64,000 bases of DNA from Candidatus Latescibacterota bacterium (GCA_965204745.1 OZ242010.1:320001-384000), one strand, 5' to 3'. Counted from the first letter of the stretch, positions 9,942-19,655 are shown. Made by a program: numbers and translations. Notes: generated by a model not told the origin, from the sequence alone.

Positions 9942-11687
9942 TCACCGTCGCAGATCGAGTTGTGCTGCCCATGAGGATGTGCGATGGTGGCTGTAGCGCG
10001 TTGATAGGCGGACGTGCGCGTTTGCCCAAGCGATGCGGATGCCGCGATTGGCGCCATCTCCCGAAAGGGTGACGAGGCGCGTGCCGCCCCAGACGTCGGG
10101 TTCAAAGTCGTAGATGCGCGCATTGTAAGATGAGACTTTGTGGAGGGCGGTCCAAAGTGCGAGGGAAAAGCCCGTGGTTTTGCCGAGGGTGAGGCGAAGG
10201 CCCGCGGCATATCCCGCGAGGTCGGCGCGAGCGTGTTGAACCCAGGCGTTGACCGAACGGGTGGGGCGTTTGTACGCGAGTGCGACGCGCAGGCTTTGGC
10301 GGGTTGGGCGTCCCGTGGTGCTTCGGGTGTCACCGGTGAGGCGTGCGGAAAGCCCCGCGTTGAAGCGGTGGGTGAAGTTGAGGCGCAGGCGAACGCCGCG
10401 ATCTGGCAAGGCCCTGTTTTCCGGGATGAGCCGCCCGTGGCGGTCGAGGGCGATTTCGAGGCGTCTGCGTTTTGACAAACGCCACGTCAGGCCAAAGAAC
10501 ATGCCCCATTCGTTGTTCGGCGGCGTGCCATAAGCGGCATAGGGCGCGCCGTGCAGGCTGCGGAAGTCCGCGCCATAGCGTCTGCCAATGACGTGGAACC
10601 GCAGGATGGGTGTGCCCGCGACTAGGCCCGCGACAAAAGCACGGCGTGCGATTTCGCCAAACAAGGTGATGCGATGCGTGCGGTACAGGGCGTTGATCCC
10701 AAAGAGCGCGCCTGCCTGTGCTGTGCTCGGGGTGGCGACAGCTGATCCATTGGCGGGGGCAAAGGCCGCGTTGAGGCATGTCAAGCCGATGTGTTTTTGC
10801 GACGAGCCGATGCCCAAGTGCATACCTGCGAGGCGTTCGCGGAGTGCGTTTTTGCGCGCTTGCGAGGTTTCCGTGTCGTGGAGGCCGCTCGTGTAGATGC
10901 GCGTGCCCGAGGCGTCCCAAGTGATGTGTCCATACATCGCGTGCCAGAACGCGCGGCCGTGTGAACCGGACAGGTAGATGCCGCGCAAGGCGCCGTGTTC
11001 CGTGCTGGTGCGGTTGCCCGATTTTGTCGCGGAGCGGGCGCGTGCATAGCTCAGGCCGGTTGCAATGCGGGTGCGGCGCGAAAAGAGCAAGCCCTGCCCC
11101 CATTCCGGGCGCACGTCTCCCAAGATGAGGGTGACGCGGGAAAGGGGCACGGCGATATATCCGGTGACATGGTCCGTGAGGGTGGGTTCTCGGGGATCGC
11201 GCTCGGTGAGGAAAAAGGCGGAAATGCCCCAGGGCGAGGCGATTTCGAGTCGCTGGTACAGGCGCGTGTCGTCAAATTGGTTGGCGCGGTTGGCAGGGCG
11301 CGAGATGCGAGACGTGTACCGGGAACGCCACGGGCGCGTGGGCGCGATAGCGAGGTAGGGCGCGATCAGATCGATGTGTTCTGCGGACAGGCCCTGCACA
11401 TCGGCGAGGTCTTCGATGGCGCGATAGGGGCGTTGCGCGATGATCTGCTGGACGAGTTCCGGGGTCAGGCCGGGGAGCATGAGCAGGTCTTTCGCGCTCG
11501 CCCGATTGAGTTCCAGGCTGATGCCCTCGAGATCGCGCAACAAATCGTTGAACGCTTCGGCCTCGCTCTCGGTGTGGACAACGGGCACTTGGGCAAAGAG
11601 TATCGCGGGGATGCAAGAGGTGAACACCGTGTACCACGCGATTACGCGGATGTGAAAAATCCGTTCTAACATTGGGCGCGTTTGCAA
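9942..11687 (-). CDS. Helix-hairpin-helix (ComEA-like) domain protein with C-terminal predicted beta-barrel
   Basis: LELNRASAKDLLMLPGL...RPYRAIEDLADVQGL; WGQGLLF and SGLHDTETS motifs of the FCB-group HhH outer-membrane family. Confidence 0.75.
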   Translation of the reverse strand: MQTRPMLERIFHIRVIAWYTVFTSCIPAILFAQVPVVHTESEAEAFNDLLRDLEGISLELNRASAKDLLMLPGLTPELVQQIIAQRPYRAIEDLADVQGLSAEHIDLIAPYLAIAPTRPWRSRYTSRISRPANRANQFDDTRLYQRLEIASPWGISAFFLTERDPREPTLTDHVTGYIAVPLSRVTLILGDVRPEWGQGLLFSRRTRIATGLSYARARSATKSGNRTSTEHGALRGIYLSGSHGRAFWHAMYGHITWDASGTRIYTSGLHDTETSQARKNALRERLAGMHLGIGSSQKHIGLTCLNAAFAPANGSAVATPSTAQAGALFGINALYRTHRITLFGEIARRAFVAGLVAGTPILRFHVIGRRYGADFRSLHGAPYAAYGTPPNNEWGMFFGLTWRLSKRRRLEIALDRHGRLIPENRALPDRGVRLRLNFTHRFNAGLSARLTGDTRSTTGRPTRQSLRVALAYKRPTRSVNAWVQHARADLAGYAAGLRLTLGKTTGFSLALWTALHKVSSYNARIYDFEPDVWGGTRLVTLSGDGANRGIRIAWANAHVRLSTRYSHHRTSSWAAQLDLRR

Positions 11688-11851
11688 GATAAGGTTGTGG
11701 ATTTACAATGGGTTGCGTTATTTCCGCACCCTATCATAGCAAACGAAATGCCAATGGGGGATCGCCCAAAAAGGTGAGAGGTGAGACGCAAGACGGGAGA
11801 AGACCACCCCAAAAAGGTGAGAAGGCAGAGGCAAGATACTCTCTTAAAAGG

Positions 11852-12859
11852 TCAAGGGGTTTTCGGGGTGATTCGATAGAATTTTTCGCCCTCAAAATCT
11901 TGGTCATGGCGCAACATGCCCCAGATCGAATGGAGCAACTTTCGCATCACCGCAACGATAGCCTGCAAAGGTTTCTTGCCGCGGGCGATGAGTTGGTCAT
12001 AGAAGGCTTTGACATGGCCTTCGTGTCTGATGGCCACCCAGGCAGGCATATAGAGGGCATGGCGGAGGTACTTATTCCCGGTTTTCGAGATGCGTCTTTG
12101 TGGATTGGCGGTTCCGGATTGTTTGGGTTTGGGATCCAGGCCTGCATGTGCGACCCACTGGGGCGGTTGCATCTCCTCTGGCAAAAGGGTCAACTCGGCC
12201 AAGAGCCGCAAGGCACTCGTTTGCGCGATGCCAGGCGTCGAGCAGAGGCGTTGGTAGGCACGCTTGAGGGGCTCATCGTGCAAAACGAGATCGAGGGCTT
12301 GGCTTTCCAAGTATGCAATCCGGCGTTTGAAGTGTCGAATATTCACCTGAATATCGCGTGCGATGAGACGTGTGCTGCGGATGTGGTAGCTCTGCGCGTG
12401 GTTGCGGCTCTGTTCGCGGATGATCTCCTGCTTGAGTTGGTCAATGCGTCTGGTGAGGGCTTGCAGTTGAAGCCGTTGCTCGCTCGGCGCTTGCCAAGGC
12501 ACAAAAGGCATGCGCTCGGCATAGTCGAGGATCAACAACGCATCCTTCGCATCCGTCTTCGCCCGTTGCATGCAGGCTTGGGCGTACTTGCTCATCGCTT
12601 TGGGATTGACGACCATGACCTTTGTGTGGCGATGCCGATGCAAGGCCAAGGCCACCCCCAAACTGTAAAGCCCGGTCGCTTCGAGGCACACAGAGACCAT
12701 GTGCCCGCCCTTCGTGAGCCACTTCAGCAACCGCTTATGCGCTTGGGGATCATTGGCAAAGGTCGCTTGCATGACAGCTTGTCCGGGTCTGGACAGGGCA
12801 ACGGACAACGTGCGGGCACTGACATCAATGCCGGCAAAAGCGGGGTGAGATTTCGACAT
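11852..12859 (-). CDS. IS110-family transposase/recombinase
   Basis: DEDD motif GIDVS / CLEATG / KTDAKDA; C-terminal AGLDP..QSG..RISKTGNKYLRHALY and AVMRKL; AGGAGG RBS. Confidence 0.96.
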   Translation of the reverse strand: MSKSHPAFAGIDVSARTLSVALSRPGQAVMQATFANDPQAHKRLLKWLTKGGHMVSVCLEATGLYSLGVALALHRHRHTKVMVVNPKAMSKYAQACMQRAKTDAKDALLILDYAERMPFVPWQAPSEQRLQLQALTRRIDQLKQEIIREQSRNHAQSYHIRSTRLIARDIQVNIRHFKRRIAYLESQALDLVLHDEPLKRAYQRLCSTPGIAQTSALRLLAELTLLPEEMQPPQWVAHAGLDPKPKQSGTANPQRRISKTGNKYLRHALYMPAWVAIRHEGHVKAFYDQLIARGKKPLQAIVAVMRKLLHSIWGMLRHDQDFEGEKFYRITPKTP

Positions 12860-12899
12860 GGGGGCCTCCTGTGATGAGGGGGTTGTAAGGGATCTGGTG

Positions 12900-13100
12900 C
12901 GCGCTCGGGGTCGCGTCCCGACCATTGACGCCAAGTCTACCGGTCTTGTATATGCAGCCTCAAGGGGCTTAGATACTCTTCGGCATAGACCCGGCGGTCG
13001 GGGGGCCTATCTTACCTACAAGGTCATCGCCTTCAAGAGGGGCCGGCCTTCCCCGAGCCGGGCATCAAGATGGCTTATCTCGATACGAGGGCGCAACTCC
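12900..13100 (-). ncRNA. Putative IS110 bridge RNA (ends approximate)
   Basis: Two stem-loops with internal loops: target guides CCCCTCT (13036-13042) and GGTAAG (13011-13016); donor guides AGAGTATCT (12971-12979) and TACAAG (12945-12950) match the reconstructed junctions. Confidence 0.75.
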
Positions 13101-13146
13101 TAATTAACCCTTACTTCCAAGATACAAGAGGGGAGAAGACCACCCC

Positions 13147-13313
13147 TCTCCCCTCTTGCGTCTCCCCTCTTGCGTCTCCCCTCTTGCGTCTCCCCTCTTG
13201 CGTCTCCCCTCTTGCGTCTCCCCTCTTGCGTCTCCCCTCTTGCGTCTCCCCTCTTGCGTCTCCCCTCTTGCGTCTCCCCTCTTGCGTCTCCCCTCTTGCG
13301 TCTCCCCTCTTGC
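13147..13313 (+). repeat. Tandem array of the 14-mer TCTCCCCTCTTGCG (11 full copies plus 1 partial)
   Basis: Exact 14-bp periodicity, visible directly. Confidence 0.95.
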
Positions 13314-13354
13314 CTCTTGCCTCTCCCCCACCTCCGGCATACATTGCGTTTGAG

Positions 13355-14095
13355 ATGAATACATTTGACACCTACCGTGCTTTGATGAATAGGCTCGACC
13401 CGAATGGAGAACCTGTAGTGCGATTTGTGCAGCGGGTTCAAACCGCGCAACCGAGCGCGCATATCGGGGTACTCGATGCGTCCTTCAATCCGCTTACCCT
13501 CGCCCACGAGGCCCTGGTTCGCTATGCACAAGCCGCGTTTGGCTTTGATGAAATTGTGCTCCTGCTCGCCAAGGCCAATGTCGATAAAGCCCTGTTTGGA
13601 GCGGATTTGGGCCAGCGTCTCGGCCTGATGGCCCATTACGCGGATGCGGCCGATGACCTCTCTTTGTCGGTTGCGGGATGTAGCCATGCGCGCTTTATCG
13701 ACAAGGCGAGCGCGCTAAGGCCGCATTTTCCATCCGATGCCCAGTGCTACTTTCTCGTTGGGCACGACACCTTGATCCGCATTTTTGACCCGCGCTATTA
13801 CGCGGATATGTCCGCTGAACTCCACGCCTTGTTTTCCCTGTGCCATGTCGTATCTGCCAACCGCGCCCCCTTTGACCGAGAGGCTTTTCAGCGGTTTATG
13901 GCGCGTCCGGAATGCGTGCCATTTGCGGCCCGCGTCCATCCCCTCCAACTGCCCCCCTCCTTTGGCAACATCTCTTCCACATCGGTGCGTGACCGCATTG
14001 CAAAAGGCGCGTCTATCGCGGACCTCGTACCCCAATCGGTTGCCCAATTCATCGAGACATTCGGCCTTTACAAAAAACAAAAAAACGCTCCATAA
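13355..14095 (+). CDS. Nicotinate/nicotinamide-nucleotide adenylyltransferase-like protein (cytidylyltransferase fold)
   Basis: SFNPLTLAH, FLVGHDT, ISSTSVR...GLY motifs; start moved to MNTFDTY, since the upstream extension is the 14-mer array. Confidence 0.8.
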   Translation: MNTFDTYRALMNRLDPNGEPVVRFVQRVQTAQPSAHIGVLDASFNPLTLAHEALVRYAQAAFGFDEIVLLLAKANVDKALFGADLGQRLGLMAHYADAADDLSLSVAGCSHARFIDKASALRPHFPSDAQCYFLVGHDTLIRIFDPRYYADMSAELHALFSLCHVVSANRAPFDREAFQRFMARPECVPFAARVHPLQLPPSFGNISSTSVRDRIAKGASIADLVPQSVAQFIETFGLYKKQKNAP

Positions 14096-14125
14096 CTTGG
14101 AGCGTGGGATTTATAGGTCATGCGA

Positions 14126-14250
14126 ATCTACGAAGTGCGTCGGGTTTTGGGGCGGTTGGGCAGGGACTGACTACTGACCACTGACCACTGACTACTTGAT
14201 GGTCAGGTTGGGCGAGATGACTCACTACGCTGCGTTGTAGGCTACGCCCG
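14126..14250. repeat. ~125-bp composite dispersed repeat, copy 2
   Basis: Similar to 7976-8100. Confidence 0.8.
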
Positions 14251-14296
14251 TACCTGCTTTTGTCGCGTATTCCGATGTCGATCACACTTTAAAAAA

Positions 14297-14746
14297 TTAC
14301 CTACAAGACGATTGCTCCCGCAACCTGCCCACCAGCATCTCGAGTCCCGCCACATAGCCGCGCCATCGAAAGCCCGCGATGATGCCGATGGCGATTTCTG
14401 AAAACAGGGAATGCCGCCGCCAGGCTTCTCGCGCGTGGATATTGGACAGGTGAATTTCGACCAACGGCAACGCGGCGTCTTCGAGCGCGTCTCGCAGGGA
14501 TACGCTCGTCGTGGTCAGGCCCGCGGGATTGATGAGCACGCCATCTGCGGCATCGCGCATCTCCTGCACTTTTTCCACGAGCGCGCCTTCGCAATTCGAC
14601 TGAAAACACGCGATCTCGCAACCGAGTTCCTCCGCCTTTTGTTCCAGCCGTGCGTGGATTTCGTCCATTGTCACGCTGCCGTAATGCTCGGCCTTCCGCC
14701 GGCCTAGCATGTTGATGTTGGGGCCTTGTAAAACGAGAATTTTCAT
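14297..14746 (-). CDS. aroQ: Type II 3-dehydroquinate dehydratase
   Basis: GPNINMLGRR..HYG, FQSN.EG, INPAG, EIHLSNIHARE. Confidence 0.95.
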   Translation of the reverse strand: MKILVLQGPNINMLGRRKAEHYGSVTMDEIHARLEQKAEELGCEIACFQSNCEGALVEKVQEMRDAADGVLINPAGLTTTSVSLRDALEDAALPLVEIHLSNIHAREAWRRHSLFSEIAIGIIAGFRWRGYVAGLEMLVGRLREQSSCR

Positions 14747-14841
14747 GGGTGACCTCGGTTGTCAGTTGTCAGTTGTCAGTCCCCGATTCCCCTGTCTTGA
14801 TTTTTGTCTGTGTCCACATTACAGGGGCATGCTTTCGCCTT

Positions 14842-15717
14842 TCATCCGCGTTCATCTGTGGTTGCTTTTTGGGGTGCTAGCATTGCGATCAGTTGCGACA
14901 GGGTGGTTTTCATTTGGTTGCGCGGCACGATCATATCGACGAACCCGTGTTCGAGGACTTGTTCGGCGCGTTGGGCTTGGCGCAGGGCTTCCATCTCGGC
15001 GGCACTCACGGACGACCCGGTGATGCGCGGTCCCGTAAATCCGATCAGCGCGTTTGGCTCCGCGATATTCACATCGCCGATAGACGCATAACTAGCGGCC
15101 ACGCCGGCGGTTGTCGGATCGGTCATCACCGAAATAAACAGCAGGCCCTGGGCGGAAAATTGCGACAATGCGGCATTGACCTTGGCCATCTGCATCAGGG
15201 ACAAAATGCTCTCTTGCATGCGCGCGCCGCCAGATCGGGACACGATGATCAGGGGCAAGTGATCGCGCATGCACCGGTCGATCACCCTGCAAATGCGCTC
15301 GCCCTCCGCCGAACCGAGTGACCCGCCGATAAACCCGATTTCATGCACGGCAATGCCCACATGCCTCTCGTCGATTGTGCCTGTGCCGGCTAGCACGGCG
15401 GCATCCATCAGCGTGCGCTTGCGGTATTCCTTGAGCCGCTCTGGGTAGGGCTTGAGATCGACAAATGCGAGCGGATCGGTCGATTTGACCTCGCGGCCGA
15501 TTTCCTCAAACGATCCCTCGTCGAGCACGGCGGCGATATAAGCCGCGCTAGAGATGCGGACGTGGTGCTTGCAATGCGGGCAAATCCCCGTGTTTTTCTC
15601 CAACTGCTTGCGGTAAATGATCTGCTCACACCGCTCGCATTTGACCCAAACGCGCTCGGGCATGCGCCGTTGCACGAGCGTGCGAATGCCGGATTTGAGT
15701 TTGTTAAACCAGTTCAT
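14842..15717 (-). CDS. accD: Acetyl-CoA carboxylase carboxyltransferase beta subunit
   Basis: N-terminal CxxC-CxxC zinc finger, GGSLGS, SGGARMQE, AEPNALIGFTGPR. Confidence 0.95.
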   Translation of the reverse strand: MNWFNKLKSGIRTLVQRRMPERVWVKCERCEQIIYRKQLEKNTGICPHCKHHVRISSAAYIAAVLDEGSFEEIGREVKSTDPLAFVDLKPYPERLKEYRKRTLMDAAVLAGTGTIDERHVGIAVHEIGFIGGSLGSAEGERICRVIDRCMRDHLPLIIVSRSGGARMQESILSLMQMAKVNAALSQFSAQGLLFISVMTDPTTAGVAASYASIGDVNIAEPNALIGFTGPRITGSSVSAAEMEALRQAQRAEQVLEHGFVDMIVPRNQMKTTLSQLIAMLAPQKATTDERG

Positions 15718-16034
15718 CCATGACCTCCTCGCAACGATAATGGATTGTAGTATAGGATGTTCTGGCGTTTTTTACAAGGGCAATTCCAAAATAAGCGGGG
15801 TACAACTGGCGACAGCCAGTTCAAACGCACAGAAGGCACAAAAACATAATTTTACACAGGGGCAGATGGCTTGACTGACCGCTCGGCGGCAGAGCGGCGG
15901 GGTGGACTCACAACTGACAATGCGAATTAAGAGTAGAAAGCGAGTAGGAAGCAAGCCGAGACCAATCGCCCAAAGACATGGACGAGTCATCCGGCTCCTC
16001 TCCGCAACGAGAGAGGTTCTTCCCCTTCCTCGTA

Positions 16035-16220
16035 GGACCTATCCCCCCGGCCCCCTTTCCTACAAGGAAAGGGGGAGCGCATGGCTTCTTGAAGGTTTGT
16101 CTCCCTGGCTGTTCTGATGGCTTTGAGCAAATAGATCACGCCCTGGAAACCCAAACCCCTCGCACAACCTCTCGCCATTCCCCCCTTCCTCACAGGAAGG
16201 GGGGCTAGGGGGGTAGGTCC
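16035..16220. mobile_element. MITE-like repeat family C (~185 bp, imperfect terminal inverted repeats GGACCTATCCCC...GGGGTAGGTCC)
   Basis: Related copies at ~19472-19655, ~49351-49540 and ~54826-55027 share the terminal repeats and the internal GATGGCTTTG..AACCCAAA segment. Confidence 0.7.
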
Positions 16221-16392
16221 CAATAAATGGATTCAACGCTTTATTCGCATTGACAACTGATTGCTTGAACGGTTGGGCGTTGGGCGGCCCTCTTGCCTCT
16301 CCCCTCTTGCCTCTCCCCTCTTGCCTCTTGCCTCTTGCTTCTTGCCGCCTTATATGGTTGCCTTTGCCTTCCCGCAGGGGTATCTTGGCGCC

Positions 16393-17271
16393 ATGCGTCA
16401 GTCCTCATCCACAACCCGCGCAGTTGCCGAGGCGTATGCCCATTGCGAGGCACTCACCCGCGCCCACTACGAGAATTTTCCGGTCGGCTCGGTGCTCGTC
16501 CCCAAAGCAATGCGCCCGCATGTGTGTAGCATCTATGCGTTTGCGCGCACAGCAGACGACTTTGCCGACGAACCGGGCCTCGATGCGCGGGAACGCCTCG
16601 CCCGCCTCGCGGATTGGGAAGCGCGTCTCAAGGCGTGTCTCGCCCATCCCGATGGCCCGATATTTACCGCACTCGCCGAGACCATTCGCGCGTACGACCT
16701 GCCCGTGCAACTGCTCGAAGACCTGCTCGCGGCCTTTCGCATGGACGTCGCGATTCATCGCCACCAAACCCATGGGGATTTGCTCGCGTACTGCGCCTTT
16801 TCCGCCAACCCGGTCGGGCGGCTCATCCTGCATCTGTTCGGCTATCGCGGCGAACGCTACGCGCAACATTCAGACGCCTTGTGCAGCGCGTTGCAACTCG
16901 TCAATTTCTGGCAGGACATCGCCATCGACTTTTCCCGCGGCCGCATTTACATCCCCCAAGACGACCTCGACCGATTTGGCATCGCCATCGCAGACCTGCG
17001 CGAGCAGCGCGTCACCCCGCAATTTCGCGCGCTCATGGACGCGCTCATCACCCGCACCTACACCCTCTTTCAAGCCGGGTACCCCTTGCTAAACGCGGTG
17101 CATGGGCGATTGCGCTACGAACTGCGATTGACCTACCTGGGCGGCATGCACATTCTCGACAAAATTCGCCGCAACGGGTACGACGTCTTTCGCCGCCGGC
17201 CCACCATCACAAAACGCGATTTGTTCGCCCTCGCGTTCAAAACGCTCTTCTTTTTTACCACGCGAAAATGA
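16393..17271 (+). CDS. hpnC: Squalene synthase HpnC (hydroxysqualene synthase)
   Basis: HYENFPVGS, FARTADDFADE, SANPVGR, LQLVNFWQD. Confidence 0.93.
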   Translation: MRQSSSTTRAVAEAYAHCEALTRAHYENFPVGSVLVPKAMRPHVCSIYAFARTADDFADEPGLDARERLARLADWEARLKACLAHPDGPIFTALAETIRAYDLPVQLLEDLLAAFRMDVAIHRHQTHGDLLAYCAFSANPVGRLILHLFGYRGERYAQHSDALCSALQLVNFWQDIAIDFSRGRIYIPQDDLDRFGIAIADLREQRVTPQFRALMDALITRTYTLFQAGYPLLNAVHGRLRYELRLTYLGGMHILDKIRRNGYDVFRRRPTITKRDLFALAFKTLFFFTTRK

Positions 17272-18119
17272 ACTTCAAAAAACACATCGCAAAAATCGTG
17301 AAAAGTGCGCGCACCAATTTTTATTTTGCCTTCCTGTTCCTCCCGCACGAGAAGCGCGACGCCATTTTCTCTGCGTACGCGTTCAGCCGCCACACCGACG
17401 ACCTCGTCGATCACGCGACCTCAACCGCAGAAGCGCGCCGGCATCTCGATCAGTGGCGCGCCCAACTCCACGCCTGCTACAATGGCAATGCCACGCATCC
17501 CATCGCGCAAAACCTGCAAGCGGTGCTCCGCGAGTTCCCCATACCCAAAGCCCATTTTCTCGCCCTCATCAAAGGCGTGGAGATGGACTTGACCAAAAAT
17601 CGCCACGCCACGTTTGACGAATTGCGCGCGTACTGCTATCGGGTCGCGTCTGTCGTGGGGTTAATCTGCATCGAAATTTTTGGCTATACCAACCCGCAAA
17701 CCCGGGACTACGCCATCAACCTGGGCCTCGCGTTGCAACTGACCAACATCATGCGAGACGTGCATGAGGACTGGCAACAAAACCGCATCTACCTCCCGCA
17801 AGAAGACATGGCGCGCTTCGGCTACACAGAACGCGCCCTCGCACGGGCAGAACACAACGCATCATTCGTCGAGCTGATGCGCTTTCAAGCCCAACGTGCG
17901 TGGGCCTACTATCAAACCGCCGACAAACTCCTGCCGCCCGAAGACAGCGCATCCATGTTCTCCGCGCAGATCATGGGCAAAATTTACGCCCAACTCCTCG
18001 TGAAAATCCAACGCGCCAACTACGATGTTTTTCGCACCCCCATTCGCCTCACCAACGCGCACAAATTCGGCATTGCCCTGCGTTGCTGGCTCGGCAGGAA
18101 AGGCGGGCGACACCCGTGA
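17268..18119 (+). CDS. hpnD: Presqualene diphosphate synthase HpnD
   Basis: TNFYFAF, HTDDLVD, YCYRVASVVG, LQLTNIMRD; ATGA overlap with hpnC. Confidence 0.9.
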   Translation: MNFKKHIAKIVKSARTNFYFAFLFLPHEKRDAIFSAYAFSRHTDDLVDHATSTAEARRHLDQWRAQLHACYNGNATHPIAQNLQAVLREFPIPKAHFLALIKGVEMDLTKNRHATFDELRAYCYRVASVVGLICIEIFGYTNPQTRDYAINLGLALQLTNIMRDVHEDWQQNRIYLPQEDMARFGYTERALARAEHNASFVELMRFQAQRAWAYYQTADKLLPPEDSASMFSAQIMGKIYAQLLVKIQRANYDVFRTPIRLTNAHKFGIALRCWLGRKGGRHP

Positions 18120-19420
18120 AACGCATCGCCATCATCGGCGGAGGCTTTGCCGGCCTCGCCGCCGCGGTCCGCCTGTGCGACGCCGGCTGCCCGGTCGTGC
18201 TTTTGGAACGCCGGCAACAACTGGGCGGACGCGCCTTTTCCTTTGCAGACCCGGCCACGGGCGACACCATCGACAACGGGCAACACCTGTTCATGAAATG
18301 CTATCGGGACACCCTCGACTTTCTCGCCCGGATCGGCGCGCGAGACGACATCGCATTTCAACCGCAGTTCGACATCGACTTTCGCCACCCCACGCGCGGC
18401 GCGTCCAACCTGCGTTTTCCCTCGGCTCTGCCCGCGCCCTTGAACCTGCTCCTCGGCTTTCTGCGCTTCCGCGCTATCCGCTGGTCGGACATTCCGCCCT
18501 TGCGAAAAATCAACGCCGCGTTGCACAAAGCCCTCGACCCCTGCCTCTCGGTGCATGCGTGGCTCGACCAGTGCGACCAAAAACCGCGCATGCGAGCGGC
18601 ATTTTGGCACCCGCTCTGTCTCGCCGCCCTCAACCAACGCCCGCAACAAGCCCGCGCCTGCCACCTCCAAGCCGTGTTGCGAGAGGCGTTTTGGCAAGCC
18701 GATGGCGCGTGCTTGGGATACGCAAACCGGGGCTTGAGCACCCTAGTTGCCCATCGCGCCCGGGAATACATCTGCAACCGCGGAGGCGAAATCCACTTCG
18801 GCACAGCCATAACCGCCATCGCGCCTGATCGCACCGGCATTCAGCTTCGCACCCGGTCCGAAAAAGTGTACAAACCCGAGGCATGTATCGCGGCGGTTCC
18901 TCCCCTGCCACTCGCCAGACTGCTCCCGGTCACCCCCTTTGCCAAACTCCGCCACACCCTTTGTCACTACGAACCCTCGCCCATTCTGTCCGTCAATCTC
19001 TGGTTCGACAGGCCCATCATGCACGCGCCCATGTGCGGGCTTCTCGGCACGACGATGGAATGGGTATTCGACAAAGCCGCGATCTACGGCGACGGCGACC
19101 ACGCGAGCCATCTCGCGATGGTCGCAAGCGCGGCGCATCACCTCATGCACCAGCCGAACCGCGACCTCATCGCGCTGGCCTGCAAAGACCTCTATCGCGT
19201 CTTTCCCGAAAGCCAGCGCGCCAACTTGTTACGCGCCACCGCCATCCGTGAACGCGCTGCGACGAGCACCTTGCCGCTCGCCCATACACCCCCCAAAACC
19301 CACACCTCGCACCCGCAGTTGTTTCTCGCGGGCGATTGGACAGGTACCGGCCTCCCCGCGACCATTGAAAGCGCGGTCCGAAGTGGGCACGCCGCCGCAG
19401 ACGCAGTTCTTTCCATATAA
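18116..19420 (+). CDS. hpnE: Hydroxysqualene dehydroxylase HpnE (FAD-dependent)
   Basis: IIGGGFAGLAAA, DNGQH, AGDWTGTGLPATIESAVRSG; GTGA overlap with hpnD. Confidence 0.93.
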   Translation: MKRIAIIGGGFAGLAAAVRLCDAGCPVVLLERRQQLGGRAFSFADPATGDTIDNGQHLFMKCYRDTLDFLARIGARDDIAFQPQFDIDFRHPTRGASNLRFPSALPAPLNLLLGFLRFRAIRWSDIPPLRKINAALHKALDPCLSVHAWLDQCDQKPRMRAAFWHPLCLAALNQRPQQARACHLQAVLREAFWQADGACLGYANRGLSTLVAHRAREYICNRGGEIHFGTAITAIAPDRTGIQLRTRSEKVYKPEACIAAVPPLPLARLLPVTPFAKLRHTLCHYEPSPILSVNLWFDRPIMHAPMCGLLGTTMEWVFDKAAIYGDGDHASHLAMVASAAHHLMHQPNRDLIALACKDLYRVFPESQRANLLRATAIRERAATSTLPLAHTPPKTHTSHPQLFLAGDWTGTGLPATIESAVRSGHAAADAVLSI

Positions 19421-19471
19421 AAAAAAACGGACGAGAAACCTCCCGCCCGAATATCCCTAAATGTCTATGTG

Positions 19472-19655
19472 AGGGGACCTATCCCCCGGCCCCGTTATTC
19501 GCTTCGCTCATTGTAAGGCTACGCCTGTGCCTACGAGGAAAGGGGAGCGCATGGCTTTCTTAAAGGCTTGTATCCCTGGCTGTTTTGATGGCTTTGGGCG
19601 AATGGATTACGCCATAGAAACCCAAACCCCCTTATACAATCCCCTCGCAAAACCG
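19472..19655. repeat. MITE-like family C copy with a GTTATTCGCTTCGCTCATTG insert
   Basis: Homologous to 16035-16220 and 54826-55027. Confidence 0.7.

Larger units (their letters stand above)
11834..13128 (-). mobile_element. IS110-family insertion sequence, complete (CT core at both ends)
   Basis: Minus-strand left junction TCTCCCCT|CT|TGTATC, right junction AGAGTAT|CT|TGCC; no terminal inverted repeats; near-identical empty site at 5628-5665. Confidence 0.88.

Noticed and set aside
11794-13146. GGGAGAAGACCACCCC on both sides of the IS110 as a target-site duplication
   Set aside because: The left copy is ~25 bp from the element end, and IS110 elements do not make long duplications; it belongs to the pre-existing repeat mosaic.
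13147-13313. Possible CRISPR array or repeat-protein coding region (LPSCVSPLASPLLR)n
   Set aside because: No unique spacers and no cas genes; the peptide repeats are translations of a non-coding 14-mer array.
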